In this document: positions 21,168 through 33,717 of the stretch, one piece after another
How the letters are laid out: the number at the start of each line of letters is the position of its first letter
Position numbering within the stretch: position 1 is the first letter of the stretch
Source of the DNA: Acidobacteriota bacterium
Lineage (GTDB): Bacteria; Acidobacteriota; Thermoanaerobaculia; Multivoradales; Multivoraceae
NCBI GenBank assembly: GCA_021296535.1
Contig: JAGWAG010000001.1
Location: 94,528-158,527, forward strand
Direction: 5' to 3'
Length of the DNA: 64,000 nt
Position numbers and translations under genes: made by a program
The notes under the pieces: generated by a model
What the model was told of the DNA's origin: nothing
Databases searched by the model: none
What the model saw: the letters and a program-made list of their open reading frames with translations, nothing else

Positions 21168-22381
21168 GGTCGGCCCCCTTCCCGGCACTCCCGGGCAACC
21201 TGCAGCTCGTGCAGGAGGCTTCGTGCGGCCCGCTCGCTGGCGCCGGACTCCCCGAGCGCCGGCCGAAGTTCGGCCAGAGCCCCGCGCATCCTGTCGATCC
21301 GGCCGCGACTGGACAGGAGTTCCCGCGCCGCCGCCGCGATTCCCGCCTCTCCGGCTTCTCCCTGGAGGAGTTCCGGGACGACTCGCCGGCCGAGCACGAG
21401 GTTGACCAGGCTGACGAACGGCAAGTCGACCAACCACCGGCCGATCAACCCGGTCACCGGCGCCACCCGGTAGACCACGACCAACGGCGTGCCGAGCAGT
21501 CCCACCTCCAGCGTCGCCGTGCCGGAGGCGCAGAGCGCGAGATGAGAGCCGGCAACGGCCGCAAACCGTTCGGACCGCACGATTTCCAGGTCCTTGCCGG
21601 CGAGCGGACTCGACGCGACCAGACGATGGACCAAGTCCCTGTCGACCGTGGACGCCAGGATCAGGCGAACCGGCGCCGCGTCGTTGCCGGAGTCGCCACC
21701 CCTCCGTATGCGCCCCGTTCCGCCCCCCATGACTGCCGCGGCCCGCAGCATCGGCGGCAGAATGCGTCGCACCTCACTGTTGCGCGACCCCGGAAGCAGG
21801 GCCAGCGTCGGGCGTTCCGGCAGGTGCTCTTCCCGCTCCCAAACCGACGGGAGTTCCGGAACCTCGTCGACCAGAGGATGGCCCACGTGCTCCACTTCGA
21901 GTTGGCGCCCCCGGTACACGTCGACCTCGAACCGAAAGAGCACGAGCATTCGTTTGACCAGGCGGGCGATCGTCCTCACCCGGCGACGCCGCCATGCCCA
22001 CACCTGCGGCGACACGTAGTAGAGAACGGGCACACCGCGACGGTGAAGGCGGCGGGCCAGCCGGAGATTGAAGTCCGGAAAGTCGACCAGCACCGCCAAC
22101 TCCGGCCGCCTACTCTCGGCCGCCTCGAGCAGCCGCCGAAAGACCTGCCGGATCCGCGGCAACTCCCGCAGCACCTCGACGATACCGACCACGGCGACCT
22201 CGTCGCTGTGTGCGACCGGTTCCAGGCCCGCGGCGGCCATCGCGTCGCCGCCGAGTCCGAAGAAGCGAACCGGCCTCTCGTCCCCAGCCAGACGCCGCAC
22301 CGCTTCCATCATTCGCGCCGCGTGGTGGTCGCCGGAGGCCTCGCCGGCAGAGATCAGGACGGCCGGGCTGCCTTGGTTCAG
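21164..22381 (-). CDS. lpxB: Lipid-A-disaccharide synthase
   Basis: SAGEASGD, VDFPDFN, YVSPQVWAWR, GHPL, LPGSRNSE, SGTATLE. Start uncertain: CTG 22381 with GGAGG, or ATG 22429. Confidence 0.93.
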   Translation of the reverse strand: MNQGSPAVLISAGEASGDHHAARMMEAVRRLAGDERPVRFFGLGGDAMAAAGLEPVAHSDEVAVVGIVEVLRELPRIRQVFRRLLEAAESRRPELAVLVDFPDFNLRLARRLHRRGVPVLYYVSPQVWAWRRRRVRTIARLVKRMLVLFRFEVDVYRGRQLEVEHVGHPLVDEVPELPSVWEREEHLPERPTLALLPGSRNSEVRRILPPMLRAAAVMGGGTGRIRRGGDSGNDAAPVRLILASTVDRDLVHRLVASSPLAGKDLEIVRSERFAAVAGSHLALCASGTATLEVGLLGTPLVVVYRVAPVTGLIGRWLVDLPFVSLVNLVLGRRVVPELLQGEAGEAGIAAAARELLSSRGRIDRMRGALAELRPALGESGASERAARSLLHELQVARECREGGRP

Positions 22382-22521
22382 CGGGATCGCCCTCCAGCAG
22401 CCCGTGGCGAAAGTCGCGCTGCATGCCATCCGTGCGCTCGATGACTCGCGCGCGGACCGGTTCGCGTGTGGCGCGAAGACGCGCCACCCGGGTTCGAACG
22501 GCGATGCATCCTGTCCAACAT
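22378..22521 (-). CDS. Possible 47-aa basic leader ORF upstream of lpxB
   Basis: GAGGAG-caacg-ATG; MLDRMHRRSNPGG...GGRSR*. Its TGA overlaps the candidate CTG start of lpxB. No recognisable domain. Confidence 0.3.
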   Translation of the reverse strand: MLDRMHRRSNPGGASSRHTRTGPRASHRAHGWHAARLSPRAAGGRSR

Positions 22522-22602
22522 CGTTGCTCCTCAGTCAAATATGGCCCGATATGGTCCTTCGTCGCGCCTTGCCGGACAGGCGCCTCGCCGCTCTCGGGGC
22601 TG

Positions 22603-22800
22603 CTAGGGAATCGGCGCCGGTGGCGAGAGCGGAAACGGATACATCAACCATGCCAGCACCAGGCCCCCGCCCACCATGCCGATCATCATCTGGACGAAGA
22701 GCCGAACCCGGTCCCTGAACCGACGCCGCCACAGTACGGCGAAGAACAGGCTGACCTGGACGGCGTAGATCACCATCAAGGCGAAGTGGCTTGAGAGCAC
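22603..22800 (-). CDS. Small two-TM hypothetical membrane protein
   Basis: 65 aa; two hydrophobic helices ending WLMYPFP; abuts the upstream gene. Confidence 0.75.
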   Translation of the reverse strand: MLSSHFALMVIYAVQVSLFFAVLWRRRFRDRVRLFVQMMIGMVGGGLVLAWLMYPFPLSPPAPIP

Positions 22801-23213
22801 TAGTCCTTCGATCCGCTGGCAATGTCCCAGGCGTCGAGAACCGCCAGGAAATTGAGAAGCCCTGCAGTCAGCAGGAAGGCCTTACCGTACTCAAATGTCG
22901 AAGACAGGATGTCGCCGCTGTACTCCAACGCGTAGCGGGCCAGGAAGTACGGCGCGCCGGCGCCCATCGAACTCAGCGTCGCCAGCCGGCTGAGCGGCTG
23001 CTCCGGCACGACGACGTAGAGATGTCCGCGGAGCCAGCAGCCGAACAGGAACGAGAAGAAGACCACGCCGAAGATGACCGCGGCGCGACGCGGCTTGCGC
23101 AGGATCAGGTGGCCGCAGCCGGGCAGAGCCCAAGCCGCGACCGCGACCAGGACCGGCCGCAGAACACCGATGGGCTCGGCGGAAGGGCCGGCTGAAGGCG
23201 AGGTCGTCGTCAT
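22800..23213 (-). CDS. Membrane protein, DUF6677-like
   Basis: AWALPGCGHL...R.A...F and EYG..F...AGLLN...DA pattern. Confidence 0.75.
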   Translation of the reverse strand: MTTTSPSAGPSAEPIGVLRPVLVAVAAWALPGCGHLILRKPRRAAVIFGVVFFSFLFGCWLRGHLYVVVPEQPLSRLATLSSMGAGAPYFLARYALEYSGDILSSTFEYGKAFLLTAGLLNFLAVLDAWDIASGSKD

Positions 23214-23253
23214 CTGGGCGCGGCGGGCGGGGCCCGGGATTCGCGGGGCCCGG

Positions 23254-23586
23254 TCACTCGTCAGAGTTCAGGCGCTCCTTGAGTTCCTTGCCGGGCTTGA
23301 AGTAGGGGATCTTCTTGGAGGGGACATCGACCGGAGCGCCGGTCTTCGGGTTGCGACCGATCCTGGAACCGCGCTCGCGGATGCGAAAGCTGCCGAAGCC
23401 GCGAAGTTCGATCTTGTCGCCGTCCTTCAGGGAGTCGACGATGCTCTCGAGCACCGTGCTCACGATGACTTCCGCGTCCTTCTTCGTCAAGTCCGCGCTG
23501 CGCGCCACTTCCTCGACCAGGTGAGCCTTGGTCATCCCCTGACGAATGGCTTCAGAGATCTGGATCGCATCTTTCATTTTGTGCAT
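23254..23586 (-). CDS. ihfB: HU/IHF DNA-binding protein (IHF-beta-like)
   Basis: MTKAHLVE, IELRGFGSF, GRNPKTG, PYFKPGKELK; follows rpsA. Start may be 23577 or 23535. Confidence 0.85.
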   Translation of the reverse strand: MHKMKDAIQISEAIRQGMTKAHLVEEVARSADLTKKDAEVIVSTVLESIVDSLKDGDKIELRGFGSFRIRERGSRIGRNPKTGAPVDVPSKKIPYFKPGKELKERLNSDE

Positions 23587-23606
23587 TCTCCCCTTGGCCG
23601 GCCTAC

Positions 23607-25841
<2,235 letters not shown>

Positions 25842-25983
25842 GGGTTCCTGTGTTCTCGCTTCGGTCGGTGTGACCGTGCGGTGGGCGTTTCTAGGTAAGG
25901 CGGCGCATTGACAATCCGGGTCCGTGACGCACTGCCGACGGCAGGCATCGGGGCCGGAACGGACGCCAAGGGTCAGACCGACA

Positions 25984-26012
25984 AGTATAGGGACGCGGCC
26001 TGAGGCGGTCAA
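25984..26012 (-). promoter_or_regulatory. Sigma70 promoter of rpsA
   Basis: TTGACC-N17-TATACT on the minus strand, about 140 nt upstream of the ATG. Confidence 0.8.
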
Positions 26013-26117
26013 CCGTCGGACGCCTCCCGGAATCTGCCGTCGAGCAGGGCTTAATCACTCATTCCACGACACTTACATGTGCCGCCCGCCCGCCTCTGAA
26101 GGCTGCGCCTTCCAATC

Positions 26118-27215
26118 TCAGACACCTTTCCCGGCCGCGCGGGACTCGGGCCGTTTCCGGAGCGCCGCCAGGGACCAGGAGGCGTGAGTCCGGACCACCG
26201 GGTCACGGCTTGTCCGTGCCCGTTCGAGCGCCGGGATGTAGGACGCCGTGCCCCGGTTTCCCATCGCGAGGGCCGCGTTTCGTCGCAGTCCCGACCGTCC
26301 GGGCCGCTTCATCGGGCTGCCGCGAAAACGGTTCCGGTACTCTTCCTCCGAAAGTGCGAGAAGCGCCGTCAGATCGAGCTCGGCGCGATGCGCCGGCAGG
26401 GAGAAGGCTCCGCTTCGCTCGCCCTTCGCCGGTGTCGCCCTGTGTTCGTTCCAGGGGCAGACCTCCTGGCAGACGTCGCACCCGAAGACCCAGTCGCCAA
26501 CCAGGGAACGGGCCTCCTCAGGCACTTCGCCCCGGTGCTCGATCGTCCAGTAGCTGATGCACCTGGCGGCGTCCAGGACATGGGGGGCCGGCAACGCACC
26601 CGTCGGGCAGGCGTCGAGGCAGCGCCGGCAGTTGCCGCACAGGTCCTCGGCCAGCGGCTCGGACGGTTCGAGTTCCAGGGTGAGGAACAGCTCTCCGAGC
26701 AGGAACCACGATCCGGTGCGATCGAGCAACTGGGTGTTCTTGGCGACGGCGCCAAGCCCCGCCCGCGCCGCCAGTTCTCTCTCCAGCACCGGTCCCGTGT
26801 CGACGTAGAGGCGCGCTCCGGAGCCCGGGAACGCCTTCCGGATACGGGCGGCCAGGGCCCGCAGGCGGCGCTCCATCAGCGGGTGGTAGTCATCGCCGCG
26901 GGCGTACCGGGCCACCCGGGGCCAGAGATCGCCTTCCGGTTCGGGCTCGCCCTCCAGGGGATGGTAGTGAAGCGCCACGCACAAAGCGGATCTCGCGCCA
27001 TCGAGCAACGAGGCCGGCGCCAGTCGACGCCGCGGCCGTTTGCCGAGCCAGGCCATTGAAGCGAAGAGGCCCCGCTCCAACCGGCGCAGGAAGGACGAGC
27101 CGGCGCCGGCGTACGGTTCCAGGGAAGCCACCCCCACGCGGTCGAAACCGGCCTCCAGAGCCCACCCGGCCAGCAGTTCCGCGCGGTCCTTCGCCGACCC
27201 CGGCACCGCACTCAC
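26118..27215 (-). CDS. queG: Epoxyqueuosine reductase
   Basis: ARYARGDDYH, VDTGPVLER, CGNCRRCLDACPT, CISYWTIE, FGCDVCQEVCPWN. GTGA overlap with folA. Confidence 0.95.
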   Translation of the reverse strand: MSAVPGSAKDRAELLAGWALEAGFDRVGVASLEPYAGAGSSFLRRLERGLFASMAWLGKRPRRRLAPASLLDGARSALCVALHYHPLEGEPEPEGDLWPRVARYARGDDYHPLMERRLRALAARIRKAFPGSGARLYVDTGPVLERELAARAGLGAVAKNTQLLDRTGSWFLLGELFLTLELEPSEPLAEDLCGNCRRCLDACPTGALPAPHVLDAARCISYWTIEHRGEVPEEARSLVGDWVFGCDVCQEVCPWNEHRATPAKGERSGAFSLPAHRAELDLTALLALSEEEYRNRFRGSPMKRPGRSGLRRNAALAMGNRGTASYIPALERARTSRDPVVRTHASWSLAALRKRPESRAAGKGV

Positions 27216-27718
27216 GCTCGGGCTTCTGGCTGCAGGAGGATCTCGAAGCGGGTGGCGTGATCGTCGTCCGGACCGGCGGGAACGTCCTCCGAGGTGTCGA
27301 CCCGCCAGTCCTCGAGAGGCCCGAGATCGACCGACGTATCGCCCTCGACCTCGGCCAGCACGCGGGTCAGGTAGACGCGGTCGGCAAAGCCGAACGCGGC
27401 CTGGAACAGACCGGCGCCGCCGATCACGAACGTCTCCTCCTCCCCCGCCTCGCGGGCCGCGTCGAGCGCCTCGTCGAGCGAGCGGAACCTGGTGGCGCCC
27501 GGTGCCTCGAAGTCCGGCCGGGTGCTCAGCACGATGCACTTTCTGCCCGGCAGCGGCCGGCAGCCGACTTCCTCCCAGGTCCTCCGGCCCATCACCACGT
27601 GGTGGCCCACCGTCAGCCGCTTGAAGCGCCTGACGTCCGTCCGCAGTCGCCAGGGAAGCTGGCCCTTCAGACCGATCACGCCGTTCGTCGCCGCCGCCAG
27701 AATCACCGAGAGCCGCAT
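27212..27718 (-). CDS. folA: Dihydrofolate reductase
   Basis: NGVIG...LPW, VVMGRRTW, RPLPGR, VIGGA, EGDT. Confidence 0.95.
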   Translation of the reverse strand: MRLSVILAAATNGVIGLKGQLPWRLRTDVRRFKRLTVGHHVVMGRRTWEEVGCRPLPGRKCIVLSTRPDFEAPGATRFRSLDEALDAAREAGEEETFVIGGAGLFQAAFGFADRVYLTRVLAEVEGDTSVDLGPLEDWRVDTSEDVPAGPDDDHATRFEILLQPEARA

Positions 27719-27755
27719 CGCCACCTCCTGGTCCTGTTCCCGTCGGCCCCTGGGA

Positions 27756-28550
27756 TCAGACCGCGACCGGCGCTCGGATCGCCGGATGCGGGTCATAGCC
27801 CACGAGTTCGAAGTCGTCGGGCCCGAAATCGAAGATGGAGCGGTTGTCCGGGTTGAGCCGCATCCCGGGCAACGGCCTAGGCTGCCTCGACAACTGCTCC
27901 TCCGCCTGCTCCACATGGTTGCTGTACAGGTGGGCATCGCCGAACGTGTGAACCAACTCCCCGGGCGCGAGATCGCAGACCTGGGCGACCATCATCAGCA
28001 GCAGGGCGTACGACGCGATGTTGAACGGGACCCCCAGAAAGAGATCGCCGCTGCGCTGGTAGAGCTGACAGGAGAGGCGGCCGTTCGCGACGTAGAACTG
28101 GAACAACGTGTGGCAGGGCGGCAGGGCCATCGAGTCGACCTCGGCCACGTTCCACGCGCTGACGATCAGGCGGCGCGAGTTCGGCTCGCGCCGGATGCGA
28201 TCGACGACACCCGCGATCTGATCGATAGACCTCCCGTCCGGCGTCGCCCAGGACCGCCACTGGGAGCCGTAGACGGGGCCCAGGTCACCGTTCTCGTCTG
28301 CCCATTCGTCCCAGATCGTCACTCCGTGGCGGTGCAGGAAGTCGACGTTCGTCTCCCCGCGAAGGAACCACAGCAACTCGACGATGATCGATCGCAGGTG
28401 GAGGCGCTTCGTGGTCAGCGCCGGGAATCCGTCGGCCAGGTCGTAGCGCAACTGCCGACCGAATACGCTGCGGGTGCCGGTGCCCGTGCGGTCGTCGCGG
28501 ACAACCCCGTGGTCGAGCACCTCCCGTAGCAGATCGAGGTACTGGCGCAT
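27756..28550 (-). CDS. thyA: Thymidylate synthase
   Basis: [33 protein letters not shown]. Confidence 0.98.
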   Translation of the reverse strand: MRQYLDLLREVLDHGVVRDDRTGTGTRSVFGRQLRYDLADGFPALTTKRLHLRSIIVELLWFLRGETNVDFLHRHGVTIWDEWADENGDLGPVYGSQWRSWATPDGRSIDQIAGVVDRIRREPNSRRLIVSAWNVAEVDSMALPPCHTLFQFYVANGRLSCQLYQRSGDLFLGVPFNIASYALLLMMVAQVCDLAPGELVHTFGDAHLYSNHVEQAEEQLSRQPRPLPGMRLNPDNRSIFDFGPDDFELVGYDPHPAIRAPVAV

Positions 28551-28575
28551 CGACACCGAAGACCTTACCAACCGG

Positions 28576-29523
28576 TCACGCCTCGTCCAGCAACCGGAGC
28601 ATCGCGTTCCTGTGCTTTTCGTCGCCGATCCCACGGAACCTCCGGCGCAGGCGCCGGCGCAGGACCGCCCGCTCCCAACGGGGCCGATGGAGCTCGTAGT
28701 AACGCAACTGGGAGGCACGGTAGAAGCGCTCCACGCCGGGGATCAAAGAGCGCTCGCCATCCGCACCCGTCATCGCTCCCCGCACGTGCCACGCTCGAGC
28801 CCCGGCCACCTCATGCTGCCTGTATCCGGCCCGGTGGAGCCGAAGACAGAGATCCGCGTCCTCGAAGTAGAGAAAGAAGCCCTCGTCGAAACCGCCGACC
28901 TCCTCGAAGGCCGAACGGCGGACGAGTAGACAGGCGGCCGTGTGCCACCCGGCGCCGACCAGCGGCTTGAGCAAACGCGGCAGCAGACCATGGTTCCATG
29001 CGGCCTTCTCGAACCGGTTGCGGAGTCTCTGGATCGCCTCGCCGGGAACACCGACCGGCGGCGACCATACGAACTGCCTGGACCCGTCCGGGTAACGAAG
29101 AGCGGGTGCCGCAACCGCGAGCCGCTCGTCCAACTCCTGCGCCTCGACCAGACCTCGCAGGGACTCCTCGTCGATCCGTGCATCCGGGTTCAGAAGCAGC
29201 AGATGACGGCCGGCCGACTTCTCGGCGGCCAGATTGCAGGCGGCGCCAAAGCCGAGGTTGCGACCCGCCTCGACGAGTCGCACCGGCAACGCCGTCGACG
29301 CGTCCGCCGCGAGCTCGCGAACCATCCCCGTGGAACCGTCAACAGATGCGTTGTCGACCACGACCGCCTCGAGAGTGCTCGCGGCACCACGCTCTGCCTC
29401 ACCATCCTCCGACCGCCACGCCTCCGCGATCGCCTGGAGGCTCTCCAAACAGACTCTGAGCCAGTCCCCGGCATTGTGGTTGACGACCAGGGCGCTTACC
29501 GCCGGGGGTTCCGAACCGCTCAC
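28576..29523 (-). CDS. GT2 glycosyltransferase (rhamnosyltransferase WbbL-like)
   Basis: [40 protein letters not shown]. Confidence 0.9.
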   Translation of the reverse strand: MSGSEPPAVSALVVNHNAGDWLRVCLESLQAIAEAWRSEDGEAERGAASTLEAVVVDNASVDGSTGMVRELAADASTALPVRLVEAGRNLGFGAACNLAAEKSAGRHLLLLNPDARIDEESLRGLVEAQELDERLAVAAPALRYPDGSRQFVWSPPVGVPGEAIQRLRNRFEKAAWNHGLLPRLLKPLVGAGWHTAACLLVRRSAFEEVGGFDEGFFLYFEDADLCLRLHRAGYRQHEVAGARAWHVRGAMTGADGERSLIPGVERFYRASQLRYYELHRPRWERAVLRRRLRRRFRGIGDEKHRNAMLRLLDEA

Positions 29524-30761
29524 GGGACCTGCTTCCGGAACATGCGCCAGGCTGTCTCCACCTCGTCGGCGAAGCACTCGGCAGCACGGTCCCAGGTCAG
29601 GGAGCCCACGCGGCCGGGCCCCTCCGATATCGCCAACCGACGCGCTTCGCCGTCCCCCACCAGCCGCCGGAGCCCCTCGGTCAGGTCCTCGACTTCGAGC
29701 CGGTCACAACGCAGCGGATACTCGGGCCACAACTCCGTCAGGGCCGGCGCGTCCGAGACGAGGACCGGAACCCCGGCCGCGAGCGATTCGAGAGGCGGCA
29801 GGCCGTAGCCCTCATACTCCGAGACGTAGATCGTTCCCAGCGCCCGCGCATAGAGTCGCGGCAGCAGGTCGTCTTCGACGTAGCCGAGGCGAATCACCCG
29901 ATCGCCAAGATCCGCGGCACGGACGATGCGGTCCAGTTCCTCCCGCCGGGGCAACTGGTTCCGGCCCGCGATGACCAGGCGGATCTCGGCCGGATTCGGA
30001 GCCCCGGGGCACGTCACGGACCCGGTTGGCGACTCCTCGCGCACCAGGCGACCCATAGCCGGCAGCACCAGGTCGAGCCTCCGGCGCGGCAGAACCGAGC
30101 CAAGCATCAACAGGTAGGGCGGCCGAACGCCCAGGTCCGCCAGCACCCGGTCCTGCTCCACCCCTCCCGTCCCGTCCGAAGCGGCAGCGGCCTCGAAGCG
30201 CGGCGACACCCCCAGAGGCACGACCGCCACCCGTCCAGGCGGCACGCCGTAGCGTTGCTGCAACTCGGCGGCGGTGCGCCGGGTGTCGGTCAGCACCCGC
30301 GTTGCCGTTCGCGCGGCGCCGCGCGCGAGGTAGCGGCGACGCCGCAACTCGCGGAAGCTGAAGTCCGCCGGGAAGTGCTCGAAGGAGAGATCGTGGATCG
30401 TGACCAGAGACGGTCGCCCGCGGGTTCGGGGCAGGCTGTAGCCGGGCGAAAAGATGAGGTCCACCGGTTGACGCCTGAGCAGCCTGGGCAACCGGAACTG
30501 CTCCCACAGGACCGGATGCGCGCCGGGCCGCCCATCGAAGACCGGCTCGACGCGGCAGCTCGCGCTCTCTGGGTCGGCCCACAGCGGGTGCTCAAAGGGA
30601 TCACCCTTGAAGAACAGTCGCAACCGCCACCCTTCGGCCCGCGGAACTCGACCAAGCGCCGTCAGAATCTCCTCGGTGTAGCGGCCGACGCCGGTCGGCT
30701 CCCCCTCCATCTCGTAGCCGACGACGCCGACCGAGCGCGAACCTGCCCCCGTCTCGTTCAT
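29520..30761 (-). CDS. GT4 glycosyltransferase (MtfB/WbpY-like)
   Basis: TGVGRY, VTIHDL, YEGYGLPPLESLAAGVPV. Confidence 0.9.
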   Translation of the reverse strand: MNETGAGSRSVGVVGYEMEGEPTGVGRYTEEILTALGRVPRAEGWRLRLFFKGDPFEHPLWADPESASCRVEPVFDGRPGAHPVLWEQFRLPRLLRRQPVDLIFSPGYSLPRTRGRPSLVTIHDLSFEHFPADFSFRELRRRRYLARGAARTATRVLTDTRRTAAELQQRYGVPPGRVAVVPLGVSPRFEAAAASDGTGGVEQDRVLADLGVRPPYLLMLGSVLPRRRLDLVLPAMGRLVREESPTGSVTCPGAPNPAEIRLVIAGRNQLPRREELDRIVRAADLGDRVIRLGYVEDDLLPRLYARALGTIYVSEYEGYGLPPLESLAAGVPVLVSDAPALTELWPEYPLRCDRLEVEDLTEGLRRLVGDGEARRLAISEGPGRVGSLTWDRAAECFADEVETAWRMFRKQVP

Positions 30762-31867
30762 CGGACCGCGCCCACCATCCCGTCGTAGATCTCGATCACT
30801 TCCTTCGCCGCGGTGCGCCAGGAGAACCCGGCAGCGCGAACGAGGCCGGCCCGCCGATAGTCCCGTCGCAGTGCACCGTCGCCGAGGAGTTCTTCCAGGC
30901 CGCGGCGAATAGCCGCCACATCGAGCGGGTCGACGCAAACTGCGGCGTCTCCGCCCACCTCGGTGAGCGAGGACGTGTTCGACGTCAGCACCGGCGTTCC
31001 GCATGCCATCGCCTCCACGACGGGCAGACCGAACCCCTCGACGAGGGACGGATACGCCACGACCGAAGCGACGTTGTAGAGGGCGATCAGGTCCTCCTCC
31101 CCGACCGCGCCCAAGCGCCGCACGAAGGCGGGCCAGGCACCGCCGAACGCGTCATCCTCCTTCCAGCTGCTACCGCCCACGAGCACCAGCGGCGCACTCT
31201 CCCGCAACTCGGGGTCGAGCCCGGCGTAGGCCTCGACCAGACGGGCGATGTTCTTGCGCGGCTCGAGCGAGCCTACCGAGAGGACGAACCGACCCTCGAG
31301 CCCGAAGCGCGCCGCGACGCGCTCCCGGGCGGCTGCCAGTTCCGTGCCGTCGAAGGCGACGAAGACCGGCGACGCCGCCTCGTAGACGACGCGAAGCCGA
31401 TCCTCCGGCAGCACGAACCACTTCCGCACTTCCTTCGCCGTCGCCTCCGAGACGGCCAGAATCGTGGCCTGCCGCGACACCGCCCGCAGAGTACCGAGCA
31501 GGCACTGATTGCGGTTGTCCGGCACATGGAACTCCGGGTGGGTCAGGAAGGTCAAGTCGTGGATCGTGAACACGACCGGGCCATCGAAGCAGGCAGGATC
31601 GGAGAACGACGGGATGTGGAACAGGTCCAGGTCAGCGCGGCGCGGCCAGCGACCGGTCCCCTTCCGGACGTTTCCCGGCAGTTCATCCAGCAGGCGCTTC
31701 CAGGCCCGGGAGTCCGGCTCCGCGCCCAGGGGGTAGAGGCGGAGCGCCGGCGTGCCGCCCCGCTCCTCCGCCTCCTCGGCGAGCGCCTGCAGGAGGCTGA
31801 CCGAGTACCGGGCGACGCCGTCCCGCGGGCCGAAGATCTTGCTGACGTCGAAACCGACGCGCATCAC
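30758..31867 (-). CDS. GT4 glycosyltransferase, paralog A
   Basis: FTIHDLTF, GSLEPRKN, EGFGLPVVEAMACGTPV; close paralog of 32226..33329. Confidence 0.93.
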   Translation of the reverse strand: MMRVGFDVSKIFGPRDGVARYSVSLLQALAEEAEERGGTPALRLYPLGAEPDSRAWKRLLDELPGNVRKGTGRWPRRADLDLFHIPSFSDPACFDGPVVFTIHDLTFLTHPEFHVPDNRNQCLLGTLRAVSRQATILAVSEATAKEVRKWFVLPEDRLRVVYEAASPVFVAFDGTELAAARERVAARFGLEGRFVLSVGSLEPRKNIARLVEAYAGLDPELRESAPLVLVGGSSWKEDDAFGGAWPAFVRRLGAVGEEDLIALYNVASVVAYPSLVEGFGLPVVEAMACGTPVLTSNTSSLTEVGGDAAVCVDPLDVAAIRRGLEELLGDGALRRDYRRAGLVRAAGFSWRTAAKEVIEIYDGMVGAVR

Positions 31868-31870
31868 TGC

Positions 31871-32200
31871 CTAGGCGGGCCTCGAAGCCTGCGATTCCCG
31901 TCTCGTTTCGGCCTGGATGCCAAGCGCCACGCCCCGCAATCTCTTCGCCGCACCGGCCACCAGGTGTCCCTCGCCGTCGAGCTGCTCGATCAGCGGCAGG
32001 ATGTCCTCGTGCAGCGGATCAACCTGGACCGCCTGCTTCGTCCTCACCCAGACGCCAAGACGCAGTCGGTCATAGCGTTCCCGGCCGATCACCAGCCGCA
32101 ACAGGTGGCGTAGCGGCCTGGCGGCACCCGATCGTGTGAACCGGCCCAGCAGCACAACGAAGGGTCGGAGCAGGTCCAGGAGCCGGGTCGCCTGCCGCAT
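31871..32200 (-). CDS. Small hypothetical protein A (amphipathic N-terminus, helical motif shared with 33346..33717)
   Basis: 109 aa; fills the gap between the GT4 paralogs; motif ILPLIEQLDGEGHL..GAAKRLR...L.I.AE; TACGCT 9 nt upstream of the ATG. Confidence 0.75.
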   Translation of the reverse strand: MRQATRLLDLLRPFVVLLGRFTRSGAARPLRHLLRLVIGRERYDRLRLGVWVRTKQAVQVDPLHEDILPLIEQLDGEGHLVAGAAKRLRGVALGIQAETRRESQASRPA

Positions 32201-32225
32201 GGCACCCGGAGCGTACCCCAGACCC

Positions 32226-33329
32226 CTAGTCGGCGGCCCGAGCCATTTCACCGTAGAGGGCAATCACCTGGTCCGCCGCCCTTTGCCAGGAGAACCGTGC
32301 GGCGTGCCGGAAGCCGGCTTCACGGCACCGCCGGCGGAGGGACCCGTCCCGGAGCAGGGACTCCAGGCCACGCCGAATCGCCGACACATCGAGGGGATCG
32401 ACGCACACCGCCGCGTCGCCGCCCACTTCCACCAGCGAAGAGACGTTCGACGTCAGCACAGGCGTGCCACACGCCATCGCCTCGACGACCGGCAGGCCGA
32501 ACCCCTCAACCAGGGACGGGTAGGCCACGACCGACGCCAGGTTGTACAGGGCCACCAGATCTCGCTCGTCGACCCGGCCGAGGCGGCGCACGGACTCGGG
32601 CCAGTCCGCGACAAAGACGTCCTGCTGCTTCCAGCCGCCGTCCCCCACCAGCACCAGCGGCGTGCTGCCCTGCAGGTCCGGCTCGAGCTCCGAGTACGCC
32701 TCGATCAGGCGGGCGACGTTCTTGCGCGGCTCGAGCGTGCCGACCGACAGGACGAACGGACCTCCGATCCCGAAGCGATCCCCGAGTCGTCGTTTCGCGG
32801 CCGCCAGCTCCTCCCCCTCCAGCCCGACGAACGCTGGCGACGGCGCCGGGTAAACCACCTGCATGCGCTCGGCAGGTAGTTGAAACCAGCGGCGCACCTC
32901 GTCCGCCGTGGCCTGCGAGTCGACCGCCAGCATCGCGTCCTGCCACACGGCACGCAGCGTCGAACGGAGGCAATGGGCCCGGTTGACCGGCCGGTGGTAC
33001 TCGGGGTGAGTGAGAAAGGTCAGGTCGTGAACGGTGAAGAGCACCGGCCCGTCGAAGAAGCCCGTGTCCGTGAACGAGGTCGTGTGGAACAGGTCGAGGT
33101 CGTCCTGCTCCGGATGACGCCCGGGATGCCGCACGGCACTGTCCGGCAGTCGGCCCAGGGTCCGCTCCCAGTCCGCCGGCTCGACCTCGACATCCGGGGC
33201 GTAGAGATGCAGGGAGAACCCGTCGCCCTTCTCCGCCCGATCCGCCAGGACCCCCAGAAGGCTGGTCGTGTAACTGGCAATGCCGTCGCGCGGCCCGAAG
33301 ACCTTGGCGACATCGAAACCGATGCGCAT
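32226..33329 (-). CDS. GT4 glycosyltransferase, paralog B
   Basis: MRIGFDVAKVFGPRDG, GTLEPRKN, EGFGLPVVEAMACGTPV. Confidence 0.93.
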   Translation of the reverse strand: MRIGFDVAKVFGPRDGIASYTTSLLGVLADRAEKGDGFSLHLYAPDVEVEPADWERTLGRLPDSAVRHPGRHPEQDDLDLFHTTSFTDTGFFDGPVLFTVHDLTFLTHPEYHRPVNRAHCLRSTLRAVWQDAMLAVDSQATADEVRRWFQLPAERMQVVYPAPSPAFVGLEGEELAAAKRRLGDRFGIGGPFVLSVGTLEPRKNVARLIEAYSELEPDLQGSTPLVLVGDGGWKQQDVFVADWPESVRRLGRVDERDLVALYNLASVVAYPSLVEGFGLPVVEAMACGTPVLTSNVSSLVEVGGDAAVCVDPLDVSAIRRGLESLLRDGSLRRRCREAGFRHAARFSWQRAADQVIALYGEMARAAD

Positions 33330-33345
33330 GGTGCCGCGTGATCTG

Positions 33346-33717
33346 CTAGTTCGGTCGTGGAACAGTGGAGCCGGCGACGCCCGTCCCGTGGTCGGTCCAC
33401 GCCTCCGTCCGTACATCCAGCGTCAGGCGCCGCAACCGCTCGGCCGTGCCCTCGGTCAGCCGACCGCCCTGGTCGAGCTTGTCGATCAACGGCAGCACTT
33501 CCGCCGGATACAGTTCGAAGAAGAGAGCCTCTTCGAGCTCCGCCGCCCGGTCCGACATCTCGTCGATCCTTGTCTGCAACGCACCGCACAACGTCGCAAC
33601 CCGCGTCACTTCGAGCCGCAAGGCGTGGATCCGCTGCCGGACCCGCAAGAGCACGAAGGCCGCGGCGGCGACTGCTCCGGCACCGAGCAGCACAACAAGA
33701 ACGACGGACGGCCGCAC
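33346..33717 (-). CDS. Small hypothetical protein B (N-terminal TM, coiled-coil-like segment, shared helical motif)
   Basis: 123 aa; hydrophobic N-terminus; motif VLPLIDKLDQGGRL..GTAERLR...L.V.TE; TGcTAGTCT 9 nt upstream of the GTG. Confidence 0.8.
   Translation of the reverse strand: MRPSVVLVVLLGAGAVAAAAFVLLRVRQRIHALRLEVTRVATLCGALQTRIDEMSDRAAELEEALFFELYPAEVLPLIDKLDQGGRLTEGTAERLRRLTLDVRTEAWTDHGTGVAGSTVPRPN

Noticed and set aside
22110..22538. 142-aa minus-strand ORF upstream of and overlapping lpxB
   Set aside because: Overlaps lpxB out of frame, is Arg/Gly-rich shadow sequence, and has no domain signal.
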